Shown: positions 1-9,621 of the stretch, piece by piece
How positions within the stretch are numbered: the first letter of the stretch is position 1
How the letters are laid out: the number at the start of each line of letters is the position of its first letter
Virus record (IMG/VR): IMGVR_UViG_3300033153_006334
Location: 1 to 54,067 of that record
From: a virus
Lineage: Duplodnaviria > Caudoviricetes
Reading direction: 5' to 3' (one strand)
Length of the DNA: 54,067 nucleotides
Made by a program: the position numbers and the translations under genes
The notes under the pieces: generated by a model
What the model was told of the DNA's origin: nothing
Databases searched by the model: none
Seen by the model: only the letters and a program-made list of their open reading frames with translations

Positions 1-42
1 CCACAACGACTGCGTAATAAGCAGTATAGGGAGACAATCGAC

Positions 43-315
43 ATGAAAATCGAAAAAGTAATTATGCTTAAAGCATTAAAAGCAGGACAAACAGTTTGGG
101 ATAAGGGCACTGTTTTCAGTGCCCCAATTCCTGAGGTCATTTTGACTGAAGTAAGAAAAATGACCGGGACTGTTAAAGTATTGAAACAGGGACGGGATAT
201 TAAAGTTAAACCCGTCCCTGTCTCAAAAGAGAAATTGAAAAAAGCAACAACTACGACCACAATAAAGGTGGAAAAGAAAGAGAAACCAAAACTTAAACTA
301 AGGAAAAAGAAATGA
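43..315 (+). CDS. hypothetical head-region protein with short Thr run and Lys-rich tail
   Basis: ORF with upstream GGGAG RBS; ATGA overlap with next gene; contains ATTTTT and ends KPKLKLRKKK. Confidence 0.75.
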   Translation: MKIEKVIMLKALKAGQTVWDKGTVFSAPIPEVILTEVRKMTGTVKVLKQGRDIKVKPVPVSKEKLKKATTTTTIKVEKKEKPKLKLRKKK

Positions 316-770
316 CCAAATCAGAAATGGAAGAAAAGATCGAAGAAGAGGTCAAAGGCTTGAGTACTTACATAGGTGGGGATGACTATTCTAATGCTTG
401 TGATGATGCAAGTAGAGAAACAGGATGGCTGTTCCCAGTTGCCACGGATTTTAAAATTATGTGGATGAAAAACAGAGCCAAGCGGCATCTGTTTTTTTAT
501 TTATTCACTGAGAGTGCCAGTAAATTTAAATATGAGCAAATAAACTTACAGCATAGATTTGACCATTATGATAAGATAATTAAAAAGATGGATTTGGACT
601 TTGCTGAAGCTCAAGAAAGCTTCCCAAATGAATTTGCGAATGCAGAGTCATATGAGATGTTTGGCACTAAAGTTGATGCCGGATTTAATTACGACCCAAT
701 TACAGGTAAAGACATTTCTTACAATGATAATGTCAAGGTTGTATTTACTCCGGGTGGAGATTCAGATTAA
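312..770 (+). CDS. putative head-tail adaptor/connector protein
   Basis: Coupled ORF; size and position upstream of neck/tail genes; function by synteny only. Confidence 0.5.
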   Translation: MTKSEMEEKIEEEVKGLSTYIGGDDYSNACDDASRETGWLFPVATDFKIMWMKNRAKRHLFFYLFTESASKFKYEQINLQHRFDHYDKIIKKMDLDFAEAQESFPNEFANAESYEMFGTKVDAGFNYDPITGKDISYNDNVKVVFTPGGDSD

Positions 771-1435
771 TGACAATTGGTCCCGATATAAAAGAAGTAT
801 TGGCTGAAGTTGGTGTCAAGTATCTGGTTCTTAGAGATTCAGGAAATATTACCGGTGAATATCTTACATATAAACCAAATGCCCAAGTAACAAAGCCTTT
901 CATCCGAGAGTATTTCCTTGAAGCTGCATTGTCTTATGATACAAAGGCAGTTTCTGGTGATATAATTCAGTTTGTTACAACAGCAGATTGTTATATCATT
1001 ATGAACAGCACACCAGCTTTATTTGAGAATGCAGTAATAAAATATGAATCTGTTCTTTATAAAACAAATGTTCTTATTGATGTTTTGAGACCGTCCAATG
1101 TGAGGGATGTTAATACATTGCAGATGAGAACCGTATGGACTCCAATCAAAACACAAGCAAAAGCCCTTATTTCAGTTCCCATGTTTGGAATTGACTTGGA
1201 CACAAACGAAGAGCTTGGTTTAATTGGAATTGGAAATTATGAGCTTTATCTTCCAAGTTCTTATGGTGCTCAAGTATTGGACAGAATCAGAATATCATCG
1301 AGCGAATTTTATCGAGTTGAAACCGTCAAGAGAAGACGGTACAATAATGTGGATGTTCTTGACATCGGAGAAGATGTTGGTCCCACGACTTCCACTTCCA
1401 CAACCACAAGTAGTACCACAACTACTACAGCATAA
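770..1435 (+). CDS. putative head-closure/head-completion protein with C-terminal Ser/Thr tail
   Basis: Beta-rich ORF with 'ELYLPS...VLDRIRI...FYRVETV' stopper-like end; terminal TTSTSTTTSSTTTTTA. Confidence 0.55.
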   Translation: MTIGPDIKEVLAEVGVKYLVLRDSGNITGEYLTYKPNAQVTKPFIREYFLEAALSYDTKAVSGDIIQFVTTADCYIIMNSTPALFENAVIKYESVLYKTNVLIDVLRPSNVRDVNTLQMRTVWTPIKTQAKALISVPMFGIDLDTNEELGLIGIGNYELYLPSSYGAQVLDRIRISSSEFYRVETVKRRRYNNVDVLDIGEDVGPTTSTSTTTSSTTTTTA

Positions 1436-1477
1436 TGAGTATGCTGTCAGTTAGATACCCGACATAAGGAGTATGTC

Positions 1478-1642
1478 ATGACCAATGTACGCACAACATG
1501 CCCTGAGTGTAAATGTACGTTTTACATAACAAAAGAAAGAAGAGAGAGTTTCAATTGCCCTGTTTGTAATACTGCTTTAGTAAGAGTAGTTCCGTTGCCC
1601 AAGGGGGAACCCGTAGAAATAGATGGGAGACATGTAACATGA
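1478..1642 (+). CDS. small zinc-ribbon protein (54 aa, not in ORF track)
   Basis: Hand translation MTNVRTTCPECKC...FNCPVCNTAL...; AAGGAG RBS upstream; ATGA overlap with 1639 ORF. Confidence 0.8.
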   Translation: MTNVRTTCPECKCTFYITKERRESFNCPVCNTALVRVVPLPKGEPVEIDGRHVT

Positions 1643-2034
1643 AAATGCATTTATTTATACTGCCTTCGTTTAAAAAAAATTCGGGGGGAGCCAGTACTGT
1701 TGAATCCTTCCCTAAAGATTGTATAGGCACTGTATCTTTTGTCAATACTTATTCTGATATAAACTCAACAAGTAAGGATGCTCCCTGGTATGGAGTCTTT
1801 TTTGATAATGAGTATGTAGACAAAGCAATTAAAAAGAACTTGAAAACATTTTTGATGACAATTGGCAACAATGCTCTTGTTATGTATAAAAAGAATTATG
1901 AATATCAGACAGCAGATTATATGCCAAGAATATTTAGGAGCAGTTTAGTTTTGTCTGCGCCTTTTGTTTCTGAGCAAAAACTTGAATTTGAAAAAATATT
2001 AAATGGATGGGTGTGTGAACATGGCTTTAAATAA
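1639..2034 (+). CDS. hypothetical protein resembling a truncated/degenerate GT2 glycosyltransferase
   Basis: 'PWYGVFFDNEYVD' and 'DYMPRIFR' echo GT2 'DWIxxLDADE' and 'DxxxRLFR' patterns. Confidence 0.45.
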   Translation: MKMHLFILPSFKKNSGGASTVESFPKDCIGTVSFVNTYSDINSTSKDAPWYGVFFDNEYVDKAIKKNLKTFLMTIGNNALVMYKKNYEYQTADYMPRIFRSSLVLSAPFVSEQKLEFEKILNGWVCEHGFK

Positions 2035-2551
2035 GTTTGCAAGATTCAATCAACTTCATTTTAAAAGGTTTCTTTCTGCTTTGAATGGGATTAATGCCCA
2101 TGTGAAGAGAGAGAAGAATGATTTTCCATATAGAAACGCTGTTGCCTTTTCTAATTTAGTTGTAGGAAATATAAGCACCCAAAAATATGCTGTTGGCTAT
2201 GCTCCTTTGAATCCAAGATATAAGGAATGGAAAGCTCACTATGGTAGGTCAGGAAGAGAGTTTTGGGCTTTGTTTAATAATCTCATTCAGAGGATTGCTG
2301 CTTTTAAGGTAAAAGGCGGATGGATGGGTGGAATTGAAGTTGGAATGGTAGTAGGGGGAACATCTTGGTTTGGAAAAGGAGATATGGGACATTCGGTAGA
2401 TGTAGCTGAATATGCCAGATTTCTTGAGTATGGAAGAAAAGGACAACCTGCGAGACCACTATTTGCTCCATCGACTGAGGAATATTGGCAAGATGGGTTT
2501 CAAAAACAAGGGATGCAATCATTACGCAAAATGAAAGGATATTGGAAATGA
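2021..2551 (+). CDS. neck/tail-completion protein, HK97 gp10-like
   Basis: 'YARFLEYG...QPARPLF' motif; start at 2021 preferred over 2003. Confidence 0.7.
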   Translation: MALNKFARFNQLHFKRFLSALNGINAHVKREKNDFPYRNAVAFSNLVVGNISTQKYAVGYAPLNPRYKEWKAHYGRSGREFWALFNNLIQRIAAFKVKGGWMGGIEVGMVVGGTSWFGKGDMGHSVDVAEYARFLEYGRKGQPARPLFAPSTEEYWQDGFQKQGMQSLRKMKGYWK

Positions 2552-2769
2552 AACTATTGGGATTAGAACAAAGAGATATTTATATTGCAGTGGAGTTTTC
2601 GGAAGCTCAGTTGCGAAATATGCAGCGGTTCTTTGAGAAAGCACTTCCTATCTTCATTAAAGTATATGGTGACACTGAGGAAGAACTGGTAGATGTAATT
2701 CAACAGATAAATGTAAGCACAGAGAAGATAATTGAACATGTAGAGGAGAACATACAAAATGGCTCTTGA
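2548..2769 (+). CDS. hypothetical protein
   Basis: ATGA-coupled start at 2548 (MKLLGLEQ...). Confidence 0.65.
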   Translation: MKLLGLEQRDIYIAVEFSEAQLRNMQRFFEKALPIFIKVYGDTEEELVDVIQQINVSTEKIIEHVEENIQNGS

Positions 2770-3235
2770 CCCAACTGCGAGAGAATCAAATTTTAGGGAT
2801 AGCTTGAAGGATTATTTTATTACTGGAATTGAAACTACTGAAGGCATTCCTTTGACTTTTGACAAAGCTTTGTCTTCACCAAATTTGCAGGGAAAAACTG
2901 TTCACAGATGGGTAAGTGTTATTATAGATACAATACAACTGGGAACAATGTCAGAAATGAGCATAAGGTTATTTTGTTGTACGAGGCAGGACAATGAAGG
3001 ATTTAAGTTGGCTCAGTTACGAGATGCAGTAATGGGATATCTTGTAAACGATGGCACTGGTGCAGATGGACAAGTCAGGATTCCATTTTATAGAAGTACG
3101 CCAATCAGAGCAAATTGGATTCTTTTGGGCAGTTTGTTGGTACAGGATGTTTTTGAATCTGGTCAGATGGAGGCACCTGATGAGACTAAGTATAAAATTA
3201 TAACTGTTCGATTACGGACGCCATCGAAAATGTAG
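2759..3235 (+). CDS. putative tail terminator protein
   Basis: 158 aa between gp10-like gene and tail tube; synteny. Confidence 0.55.
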   Translation: MALDPTARESNFRDSLKDYFITGIETTEGIPLTFDKALSSPNLQGKTVHRWVSVIIDTIQLGTMSEMSIRLFCCTRQDNEGFKLAQLRDAVMGYLVNDGTGADGQVRIPFYRSTPIRANWILLGSLLVQDVFESGQMEAPDETKYKIITVRLRTPSKM

Positions 3236-3244
3236 AGGTATATA

Positions 3245-3505
3245 ATGCCCAAGAACTTTTGTTATTGTGAAAAATGTAATAAGAAACTAATCGAGAGGCT
3301 TTCAAATGGACTGTTCAAGTTTGTTTTTGGAAAAAAAGTGGATTCGTTAAGGACTCCACCAGTTTATATGTTAATACATGGCTCAGTCAAGATGAAGTGT
3401 ATAAGAAGGTCTTGCGGTCATTTTAACACATTCAGTTATTTTCCTTCCAATCAGCCGAAAGCTGAAAACTCTGGCAAAAACGAAGAAATAACTAATATAG
3501 AATAA
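3245..3505 (+). CDS. zinc-finger protein, Mu Com-like pattern
   Basis: CEKCNKKL...KMKCIRRSCGHFN. Confidence 0.55.
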   Translation: MPKNFCYCEKCNKKLIERLSNGLFKFVFGKKVDSLRTPPVYMLIHGSVKMKCIRRSCGHFNTFSYFPSNQPKAENSGKNEEITNIE

Positions 3506-3518
3506 AGGAGGTGATATT

Positions 3519-4151
3519 ATGGCAACTACTGGTCCCACAACTAAAGATACCACCACAATAGCGTTGGGGTTAGCGCAGATAAGAATTGGAAGTTCTTCTG
3601 AGAATTTAACGAAACAGTTCCCTGTTCTTGCTGCATCTGATTCTATTGGTGCTCTTGCAAACACAAAGTTTGTTGGTAATGCTGAGTTCTTCAAACTGGA
3701 ATCTGGTTATCCTATGCTTGAAGATGCCGTGTTCCCACTAAGGGAGTCTGCTGCTCTTGAATGTGCGTTTAAAGAGATGACTCCTTTTAACTTGGCACTT
3801 GCAAGGGGTGTCGACCCAACTGGTGCTGAATATTCTGAAGCACATACAGGGTCTATTAAACTTGGTACGCTTGCTGCTCCGGTTAGTATTCGTATGGAAG
3901 CCATCTATACATATCCTGATGGAACAAATACGTTGAATATTATTTTTCCGAGAGCCCAAGTTTCCGGTTCTATTGAAATGGACTTTGCACCTGAAGAGCC
4001 TGCCGCCGTTGCTGTTGTGATTGAAGCAAAACGGGCAGACAGTGAAGTAGTAGGTGGAAACGCTGCATGGGATGATAAGCCCATTGGACAAATCCTGTGG
4101 AATGATGGTAGCACGTTTACCACCACCACAACTACGACTACCACAACATAA
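3519..4151 (+). CDS. major tail (tube) protein with C-terminal poly-Thr tail
   Basis: Strong AAGGAGGTGA RBS; beta-rich 210 aa with 'IIFPRAQV'; upstream of chaperone and tape measure; ends in 10 Thr. Confidence 0.8.
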   Translation: MATTGPTTKDTTTIALGLAQIRIGSSSENLTKQFPVLAASDSIGALANTKFVGNAEFFKLESGYPMLEDAVFPLRESAALECAFKEMTPFNLALARGVDPTGAEYSEAHTGSIKLGTLAAPVSIRMEAIYTYPDGTNTLNIIFPRAQVSGSIEMDFAPEEPAAVAVVIEAKRADSEVVGGNAAWDDKPIGQILWNDGSTFTTTTTTTTTT

Positions 4152-4173
4152 CAATCTTTTAAGGAGAATAGAA

Positions 4174-4677
4174 ATGCCAGATAAAATTAAATTGAAAAAG
4201 AACATCGCCCAAAGGGTCAATCCCCGAATTGTGGATGTTGAAATTGGCATCCACAGTTTGAGGAAAATTAAGGTATATCCTTTATCTATGCACGATCAAA
4301 AACAACTCACGAAAATGATAGATGGGGTTTTAAAGTCTATTTTTAAAGATGATGGGAAATCGAAAGATGATAAGAACCTTATAATGGTTTCGAGAGCAGT
4401 TAAAGCAATAGAGGAAAATATTGAGCCGATTTTTAAATTCGTTCTTCCCGATGAAAATATCCCAAAATTAATGAAGGAATTGGATAATGAACAGCTTTCA
4501 CAGATTGTTGAAGTTGTTTATAACACCAATTATAAAACACCAGTAAAAAACGTAATGAGCCTCTTCCAGCCGGAGCAGTTGCAATCAGTCTTGAAGAGGC
4601 AGTTATCACAGTCTGCCAACAATACGGATACCGTCTTGAACACTTCTTCAAAAGAAGCTTTAAAGAAGGAGGTTTAA
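4174..4677 (+). CDS. tail assembly chaperone (lambda gpG-like)
   Basis: AAGGAG RBS before ATG 4174; between tail tube and tape measure; internal slippery site. Confidence 0.75.
   Translation: MPDKIKLKKNIAQRVNPRIVDVEIGIHSLRKIKVYPLSMHDQKQLTKMIDGVLKSIFKDDGKSKDDKNLIMVSRAVKAIEENIEPIFKFVLPDENIPKLMKELDNEQLSQIVEVVYNTNYKTPVKNVMSLFQPEQLQSVLKRQLSQSANNTDTVLNTSSKEALKKEV
4545..4551 (+). promoter_or_regulatory. programmed -1 ribosomal frameshift site A AAA AAC
   Basis: In-frame X XXY YYZ heptamer; -1 frame has TAA at 4533-4535, then is open to 4922. Confidence 0.85.
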
Positions 4678-4922
4678 CAACTGAACAAATGCTCGTTCTT
4701 TTCGAGCAGTACCAAGAGGGACAAATGCAAGAGAGGAGATTTCTTGCAGGAATACATGGTATTAATCTTGATAAGGAGATGAAAAAAACTAAAGAGGAAA
4801 GTTCTTTTGTGTTTGGTGACCCTAAGGATTATGAAAAAATGTCTGATGAGAAGAAAAAAGAGAAGACTCGACAGATGATGGGAAAACACAAATCTTGGGC
4901 AGCTAATACAATGAGGAAATAA
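4545..4922 (+). CDS. tail assembly chaperone frameshift extension (gpGT-like C-terminal part)
   Basis: -1 frame runs uninterrupted from the slippery site into ORF 4689-4922 and stops 2 nt before the tape measure. Confidence 0.8.
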   Translation, partial: KKRNEPLPAGAVAISLEEAVITVCQQYGYRLEHFFKRSFKEGGLTTEQMLVLFEQYQEGQMQERRFLAGIHGINLDKEMKKTKEESSFVFGDPKDYEKMSDEKKKEKTRQMMGKHKSWAANTMRK

Positions 4923-4924
4923 TT

Positions 4925-7900
4925 ATGGCTGATAAATCATTAAATCTTGGAACAATATTTACCGCAGATGCTTCACAGTTCTTTTCCACTATTGGAAAAA
5001 TGAAAGCCTCGCTAAAGACACTCAACACTGCATATGTTCAATCAGGAGCAGCGGCAAAGAGGGGTTTTTCAGGAGTTGCACCAGCAGTTGACAAGACAAG
5101 CAAAGCTTTTGACAAAGGTGGAAATAGGGTACAGGAGTATAGCAAGCAAATAGGAAAGGTGGAAGGCGCTTTCAAACGGACTGTTGCAGCTATGAAAGTG
5201 ACAGCCTCTTATGGCATTGCTGCTACTGCTATCTTTGCTGTTACGAATGCATTTAAAGCAGGAATAAAGGAAATAGTTGATTATGACCAAGCATTAAAGA
5301 ACTTACAAGCAATCACAAGAGCTACGGATGCTGAAGTTGTTGGAATGGGTGAGACAATCAAACATGTAGCTGAGACTACAAAATTCTCTACAGGGGAAGT
5401 GGCTGAGGGTATGGTTCTTTTAGGTCAAGCTGGTTTTTCTGCTTCTGAAGCCATGAACGCAATGCAGTCGGTGTCTGACCTTGCTACAGGAACTTTGGGG
5501 GACATGAAGACTGTTACTGACCTACTCACTACAACTATTCGTGCATTTAATCTTGATACAATCGAATCTTCAAGAGTTGCTGATGTCATGGCGAATGCTA
5601 TAAATAGGTCAAAATTAACAATTGATAAGTTAAGAGTTGCATTCAACTTTGTAGGTGCTGCCGCTGCCCAGTCAGGACTTTCTATTGAAGAAATATCTGC
5701 TTCAATGATGTTACTTGCCAACAACGGACTTAGAGCAAGTACAATAGGTACAGGATTGAGACAAGTGCTTGCGAGACTGTTAGCCCCAAATAGGAAGCTA
5801 AGAGCAGAATTTGAGGCACAAGGAATTGCTCTTGATAAGGTAAATCCGAAGACTGTTGGTTATCAAAATGCAATGAAGGAACTTACCAAAATTCTTTTTG
5901 ATGCCGAAACTCAAACAGTTGATATGGGGAAAGCATATCAGTTGTTTGGACTCAGAGGGGCACAAGCTGTTTCCGTTCTTGTTAAAGGATTTGCTGGTAC
6001 TGGATTTCAGGGGATGCTCGACAAAACATATGAAGTTGGCACAGCCTCAGAGATGGCAGGAATACAAATGGAAGGTCTTGGAGTTATGATAAAGAACTTG
6101 GCTGACCGAGCGAGATTGATTGCCGTTGCTTTTGGAGAGGGTGGGGCAACACATGCAATAAAGTTGTTTATAAATGCACTTAGGAAGGCTGTTACTGCAA
6201 TCATCCGATTTTTGGAAACTGGACTTGGAAAACTTATTGTTAGCTTTGGAGTTGTAACAGGGAGTACCTATCTATTTTTGAAAGCAATAGCCTTATTAAT
6301 TCCTGCAATTTCTTCTTTGATGAAAATGATGTTGGCTGCAAAATTAGCGTCTGTTTCTTGGATGGCAACGCTTATAAGTATGTCAAGCCATATGACTTTT
6401 GCGAGAGCTTCTTCTGTGATGCTTGGAACATCTATTGCTAATTTGGCACATCCTTATTTAGTTGCCGCTGCCGCTGTAGGCATTCTCGTTGCGGTTGTTA
6501 ATTATTATTTGGGTTCAACACAAAGAGCGATTGATGCCACTGTAAAATTGACTCAAAAGACAACAAACAATGTACATGCACTAAAGGTATATTCACAAAT
6601 TCTTACTGTTTTATCAGATAAGAAGAAAAAAGGGAAAAAAATAGATGATGAATATATAACAGTTCTCAAACGACTTATTAAGAGCTATCCAGACTTAAAG
6701 AATCAAATAGAATTGTCTACCAAAGCTTTTGAGAAAAATGCCGCAGCGGTTAATAAAGCATTGGGAATTGAGCTACAAAACAATATAGAGCAAAGCACAA
6801 GACTTGTTCAGCTTTATACGAAGGCAGCCGAAGAAGCAAGGATAAAGACAGGACTTTGGCAATCAGTTGTTTTTCTTTGGGAAAAATATCTTGACACCTT
6901 AATAAATATATTTGACGACTTTTTTGGAACCATTGGAAGAGGATGGGCAAAAGTGTTAGATGTGTTTTCAGATATAGCGAGTAAGATTCCATTTATTGGC
7001 ACTGCTCTGTCTGAGAATCTTCTTAAAATGAAAGAAATCTTTGGTGACTTAGTTGGAGCAGCAAAGAACTTCTTTATTGGAATGGGGAAAGATTCTGAGG
7101 AGGCTACAAAAGCAGAAGAGAAAAGAATTGGTGTTTTAAGAGATGCTTCAAAAGTAATGAAAGAAGGAGGTAAATCTGCAAAGGAAATAACGGACGAACT
7201 GATAAAAATGGGAGCCACTGAAAAGGACATTTCAAAATTAACTGAGTCTTTTGTAGACCAAAAAAAAGCTCTCTCTGACCTTGAAGAAAGATATGGTGGA
7301 ACTTTAAAAGATTTACCAAATATGTTTTCGGGATTTTATGAAGAACTTGATGATTTGCGAAAAGCAGATTTTGCCAAGACTTCAGATGCCATAGATAAGG
7401 AAATAGCAGCATTTAGTAAAAAGAATGGTTTGTTATCGGATGGAACAGAAAAACGATATGAGGCTGAGGCAGCTATTCGAGCAAGAAACCTATTGAAGTT
7501 TGTTGATTCCAGTTTCAAGGAAATTTTGTCAGAAGAGGAGTTGTCAAAAAAGAAGACCGAAATATTGGATACTTATTTACAGGCAGTTGCCAAGCGATAT
7601 GATGAAAAGACAATTATTATACACAATACCTATCAAAAGGAGCTTGCACTTGCCGGAGAGAACAATGATAAACTTATTGCGGCACATGAAAAGTTTGACC
7701 TTGCAATTGTGGTAGCTGAAAACGAAAGAGCAAAAACGATTGAAGGAATCCAGAAAGTACATAATGAAAAGGTAAAAGTGGAACAGAAAAAAATTGTTGA
7801 TGAGTTGAGGGAACTGCATAAGAAAATGGCAGAAGATTTAATAAATCAACTGAAGAGCAAATATAATGAGCTAAAGGGAGAAGTTGAAAAGCTCATGGAT

Positions 7901-8884
7901 GACCTAAAGTCACTCGAAGAAAGTTATAATGATGCTATTCGAGAGTCCAAGCAAAAGACAATGACTGAAGAGGAAAAATGGTATGATGATAGAAAAGAGC
8001 TAAATCGTTTAATGAATGAAGCAAGAACAACAAACGATGAAGATACATGGAAGAAAGCTTTTGATCTTGCAAAGAGTCTTGGTAAAGAAATAGAGGATGA
8101 GCAAGGGAATGTTGTAAAGAGTATTGAAGAAACCACTCGTTTATCTCAGAGGCTAATGACCGAGATTCATGGTGAGCAAATGAAGCTTGTTCGTAAGGAG
8201 ATTGCCGAAAGAGAACACCAGATGGATGCTATAAAAGAGGATATAACAGAACTTGAAGGTCTTATTAAACAATATGGGGAAGCAGTTGATGAGGTAAGCA
8301 AAAAAGAACTTCAGTTAAGAATGGAGAAAGCACTTCAGAGTATTGGTAAGGCACATGACATTGTAACTAAATTTAAAGCCAAATGGGATGAATTAAAAAG
8401 TAAAACAATAACTCTTACTGTAAAAGTCAATGACCAAAGTGGAGGGAAGTTTGATTCTGGTCCCGATGTTGTTCCCGAAGGAAAAACAGGAGGCGTAGTA
8501 AAAGCCAAAAGAGGAGCAAAGCTTCCCGGATTTGGGGGAGGGGATAAAGTAAGAGCTTTACTGGAAGCAGGAGAATGGGTTATAAGAAAGGAAGCTGTGC
8601 AAAAATATGGCTCAGCTATGTTTGCAGCACTAAACAACCTAAACTTTGATGTTCAGGATTTGCTTGGTGGAGTTATGAAAAAAATGGGAGGATTTATCAA
8701 TCCCCCTGTACATAAATTTCAAACAGGAGGTGCCACAGCTAGTGAAGAAGGTGGAGGTGGAACCAAAATTTATAATATAACTTTCTCTCCTCAATTTATG
8801 ACAGGGGATGAAATGGCAATGAGAGCTATGGCACCAGAACTTAAACGAGTACTTGAAGATTTAGACCATAGGTGGGGTGAGTAA
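4925..8884 (+). CDS. tail tape measure protein (TP901-type core)
   Basis: 1319 aa; 'TTKFSTGEVAEGMVLLGQAGFS' core; hydrophobic segments; coiled coil; C-terminal 'GGGDKVRALLEAGEWVIRKEAV'. Confidence 0.95.
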   Translation: MADKSLNLGTIFTADASQFFSTIGKMKASLKTLNTAYVQSGAAAKRGFSGVAPAVDKTSKAFDKGGNRVQEYSKQIGKVEGAFKRTVAAMKVTASYGIAATAIFAVTNAFKAGIKEIVDYDQALKNLQAITRATDAEVVGMGETIKHVAETTKFSTGEVAEGMVLLGQAGFSASEAMNAMQSVSDLATGTLGDMKTVTDLLTTTIRAFNLDTIESSRVADVMANAINRSKLTIDKLRVAFNFVGAAAAQSGLSIEEISASMMLLANNGLRASTIGTGLRQVLARLLAPNRKLRAEFEAQGIALDKVNPKTVGYQNAMKELTKILFDAETQTVDMGKAYQLFGLRGAQAVSVLVKGFAGTGFQGMLDKTYEVGTASEMAGIQMEGLGVMIKNLADRARLIAVAFGEGGATHAIKLFINALRKAVTAIIRFLETGLGKLIVSFGVVTGSTYLFLKAIALLIPAISSLMKMMLAAKLASVSWMATLISMSSHMTFARASSVMLGTSIANLAHPYLVAAAAVGILVAVVNYYLGSTQRAIDATVKLTQKTTNNVHALKVYSQILTVLSDKKKKGKKIDDEYITVLKRLIKSYPDLKNQIELSTKAFEKNAAAVNKALGIELQNNIEQSTRLVQLYTKAAEEARIKTGLWQSVVFLWEKYLDTLINIFDDFFGTIGRGWAKVLDVFSDIASKIPFIGTALSENLLKMKEIFGDLVGAAKNFFIGMGKDSEEATKAEEKRIGVLRDASKVMKEGGKSAKEITDELIKMGATEKDISKLTESFVDQKKALSDLEERYGGTLKDLPNMFSGFYEELDDLRKADFAKTSDAIDKEIAAFSKKNGLLSDGTEKRYEAEAAIRARNLLKFVDSSFKEILSEEELSKKKTEILDTYLQAVAKRYDEKTIIIHNTYQKELALAGENNDKLIAAHEKFDLAIVVAENERAKTIEGIQKVHNEKVKVEQKKIVDELRELHKKMAEDLINQLKSKYNELKGEVEKLMDDLKSLEESYNDAIRESKQKTMTEEEKWYDDRKELNRLMNEARTTNDEDTWKKAFDLAKSLGKEIEDEQGNVVKSIEETTRLSQRLMTEIHGEQMKLVRKEIAEREHQMDAIKEDITELEGLIKQYGEAVDEVSKKELQLRMEKALQSIGKAHDIVTKFKAKWDELKSKTITLTVKVNDQSGGKFDSGPDVVPEGKTGGVVKAKRGAKLPGFGGGDKVRALLEAGEWVIRKEAVQKYGSAMFAALNNLNFDVQDLLGGVMKKMGGFINPPVHKFQTGGATASEEGGGGTKIYNITFSPQFMTGDEMAMRAMAPELKRVLEDLDHRWGE

Positions 8885-9621
8885 TGTCCAAGATAAAATT
8901 ATATACAAGGAACATTTTAGAAACAGGAACATTTACTATTACAGGAGATGAAGAAACTGGGTATCCCGAAGAACGAGTGCATGATAGAGATATAAGTCTT
9001 TATTGGCAAGAGGATATTTTGGTCTCTCCTGAGTATTTTCATATTGACCAAGGAGTCGCTTCTTCTGTAGCTGTAGATGCTTTGATTGTTACAGGACATA
9101 ATTTTAATGGAAGTGATTTACAATGGCAATGGTCTGAAAATGATTCTGATTGGTATGATGCTGTAACAGATTGGACTCAAGGAGATGCTTTACAGATAGT
9201 TAAAACTCTTTCAATAGCTCTTACAAAAAGATATTGGCGTTTAGTGCTGACTACTTCTGAGATAGCCCAATGCACAGAAATATTTATGTCTTATGGTCAT
9301 GAATTTCAAGTAAGATTTGATGACCCTCCCGATGGAATGAAAAAGGCAAATGTAAGTTGGCAGGAAACAGTTGGTGGTATTGAGCGTTCTACAAAGTATG
9401 GTGATAGAAAGAGAGTCAGAAGTTATTCTCTATTCCTTAATGAAACTAATTTAGCTAATTTTCGTTCTGCAATGGATGATTTGGATGAAAGTTCTAAACC
9501 ATTTTATATTAAAGACCATGAAGATGATTATTGGATGTGTCGTTTGACTCGGGACCCAAAAGAGAAATATCAGACACCCGGAACTACTCCACTGACAATA
9601 GAGGTTATTGAAAAACTGTGA
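8884..9621 (+). CDS. distal tail/tail-tip protein with galactose-binding-like N-terminal domain
   Basis: Directly after tape measure; 'HNFNG...LTKRYWRLVL' jelly-roll-like pattern. Confidence 0.6.
   Translation: MSKIKLYTRNILETGTFTITGDEETGYPEERVHDRDISLYWQEDILVSPEYFHIDQGVASSVAVDALIVTGHNFNGSDLQWQWSENDSDWYDAVTDWTQGDALQIVKTLSIALTKRYWRLVLTTSEIAQCTEIFMSYGHEFQVRFDDPPDGMKKANVSWQETVGGIERSTKYGDRKRVRSYSLFLNETNLANFRSAMDDLDESSKPFYIKDHEDDYWMCRLTRDPKEKYQTPGTTPLTIEVIEKL

Noticed and set aside
4054-4173. Upstream-extended starts in the ORF track (4054, 2485, 25073, 42237, 42425, 43785, 51833)
   Set aside because: Downstream ATGs have clear RBS or ATGA coupling, and the extensions overlap neighbouring genes or structured RNA.
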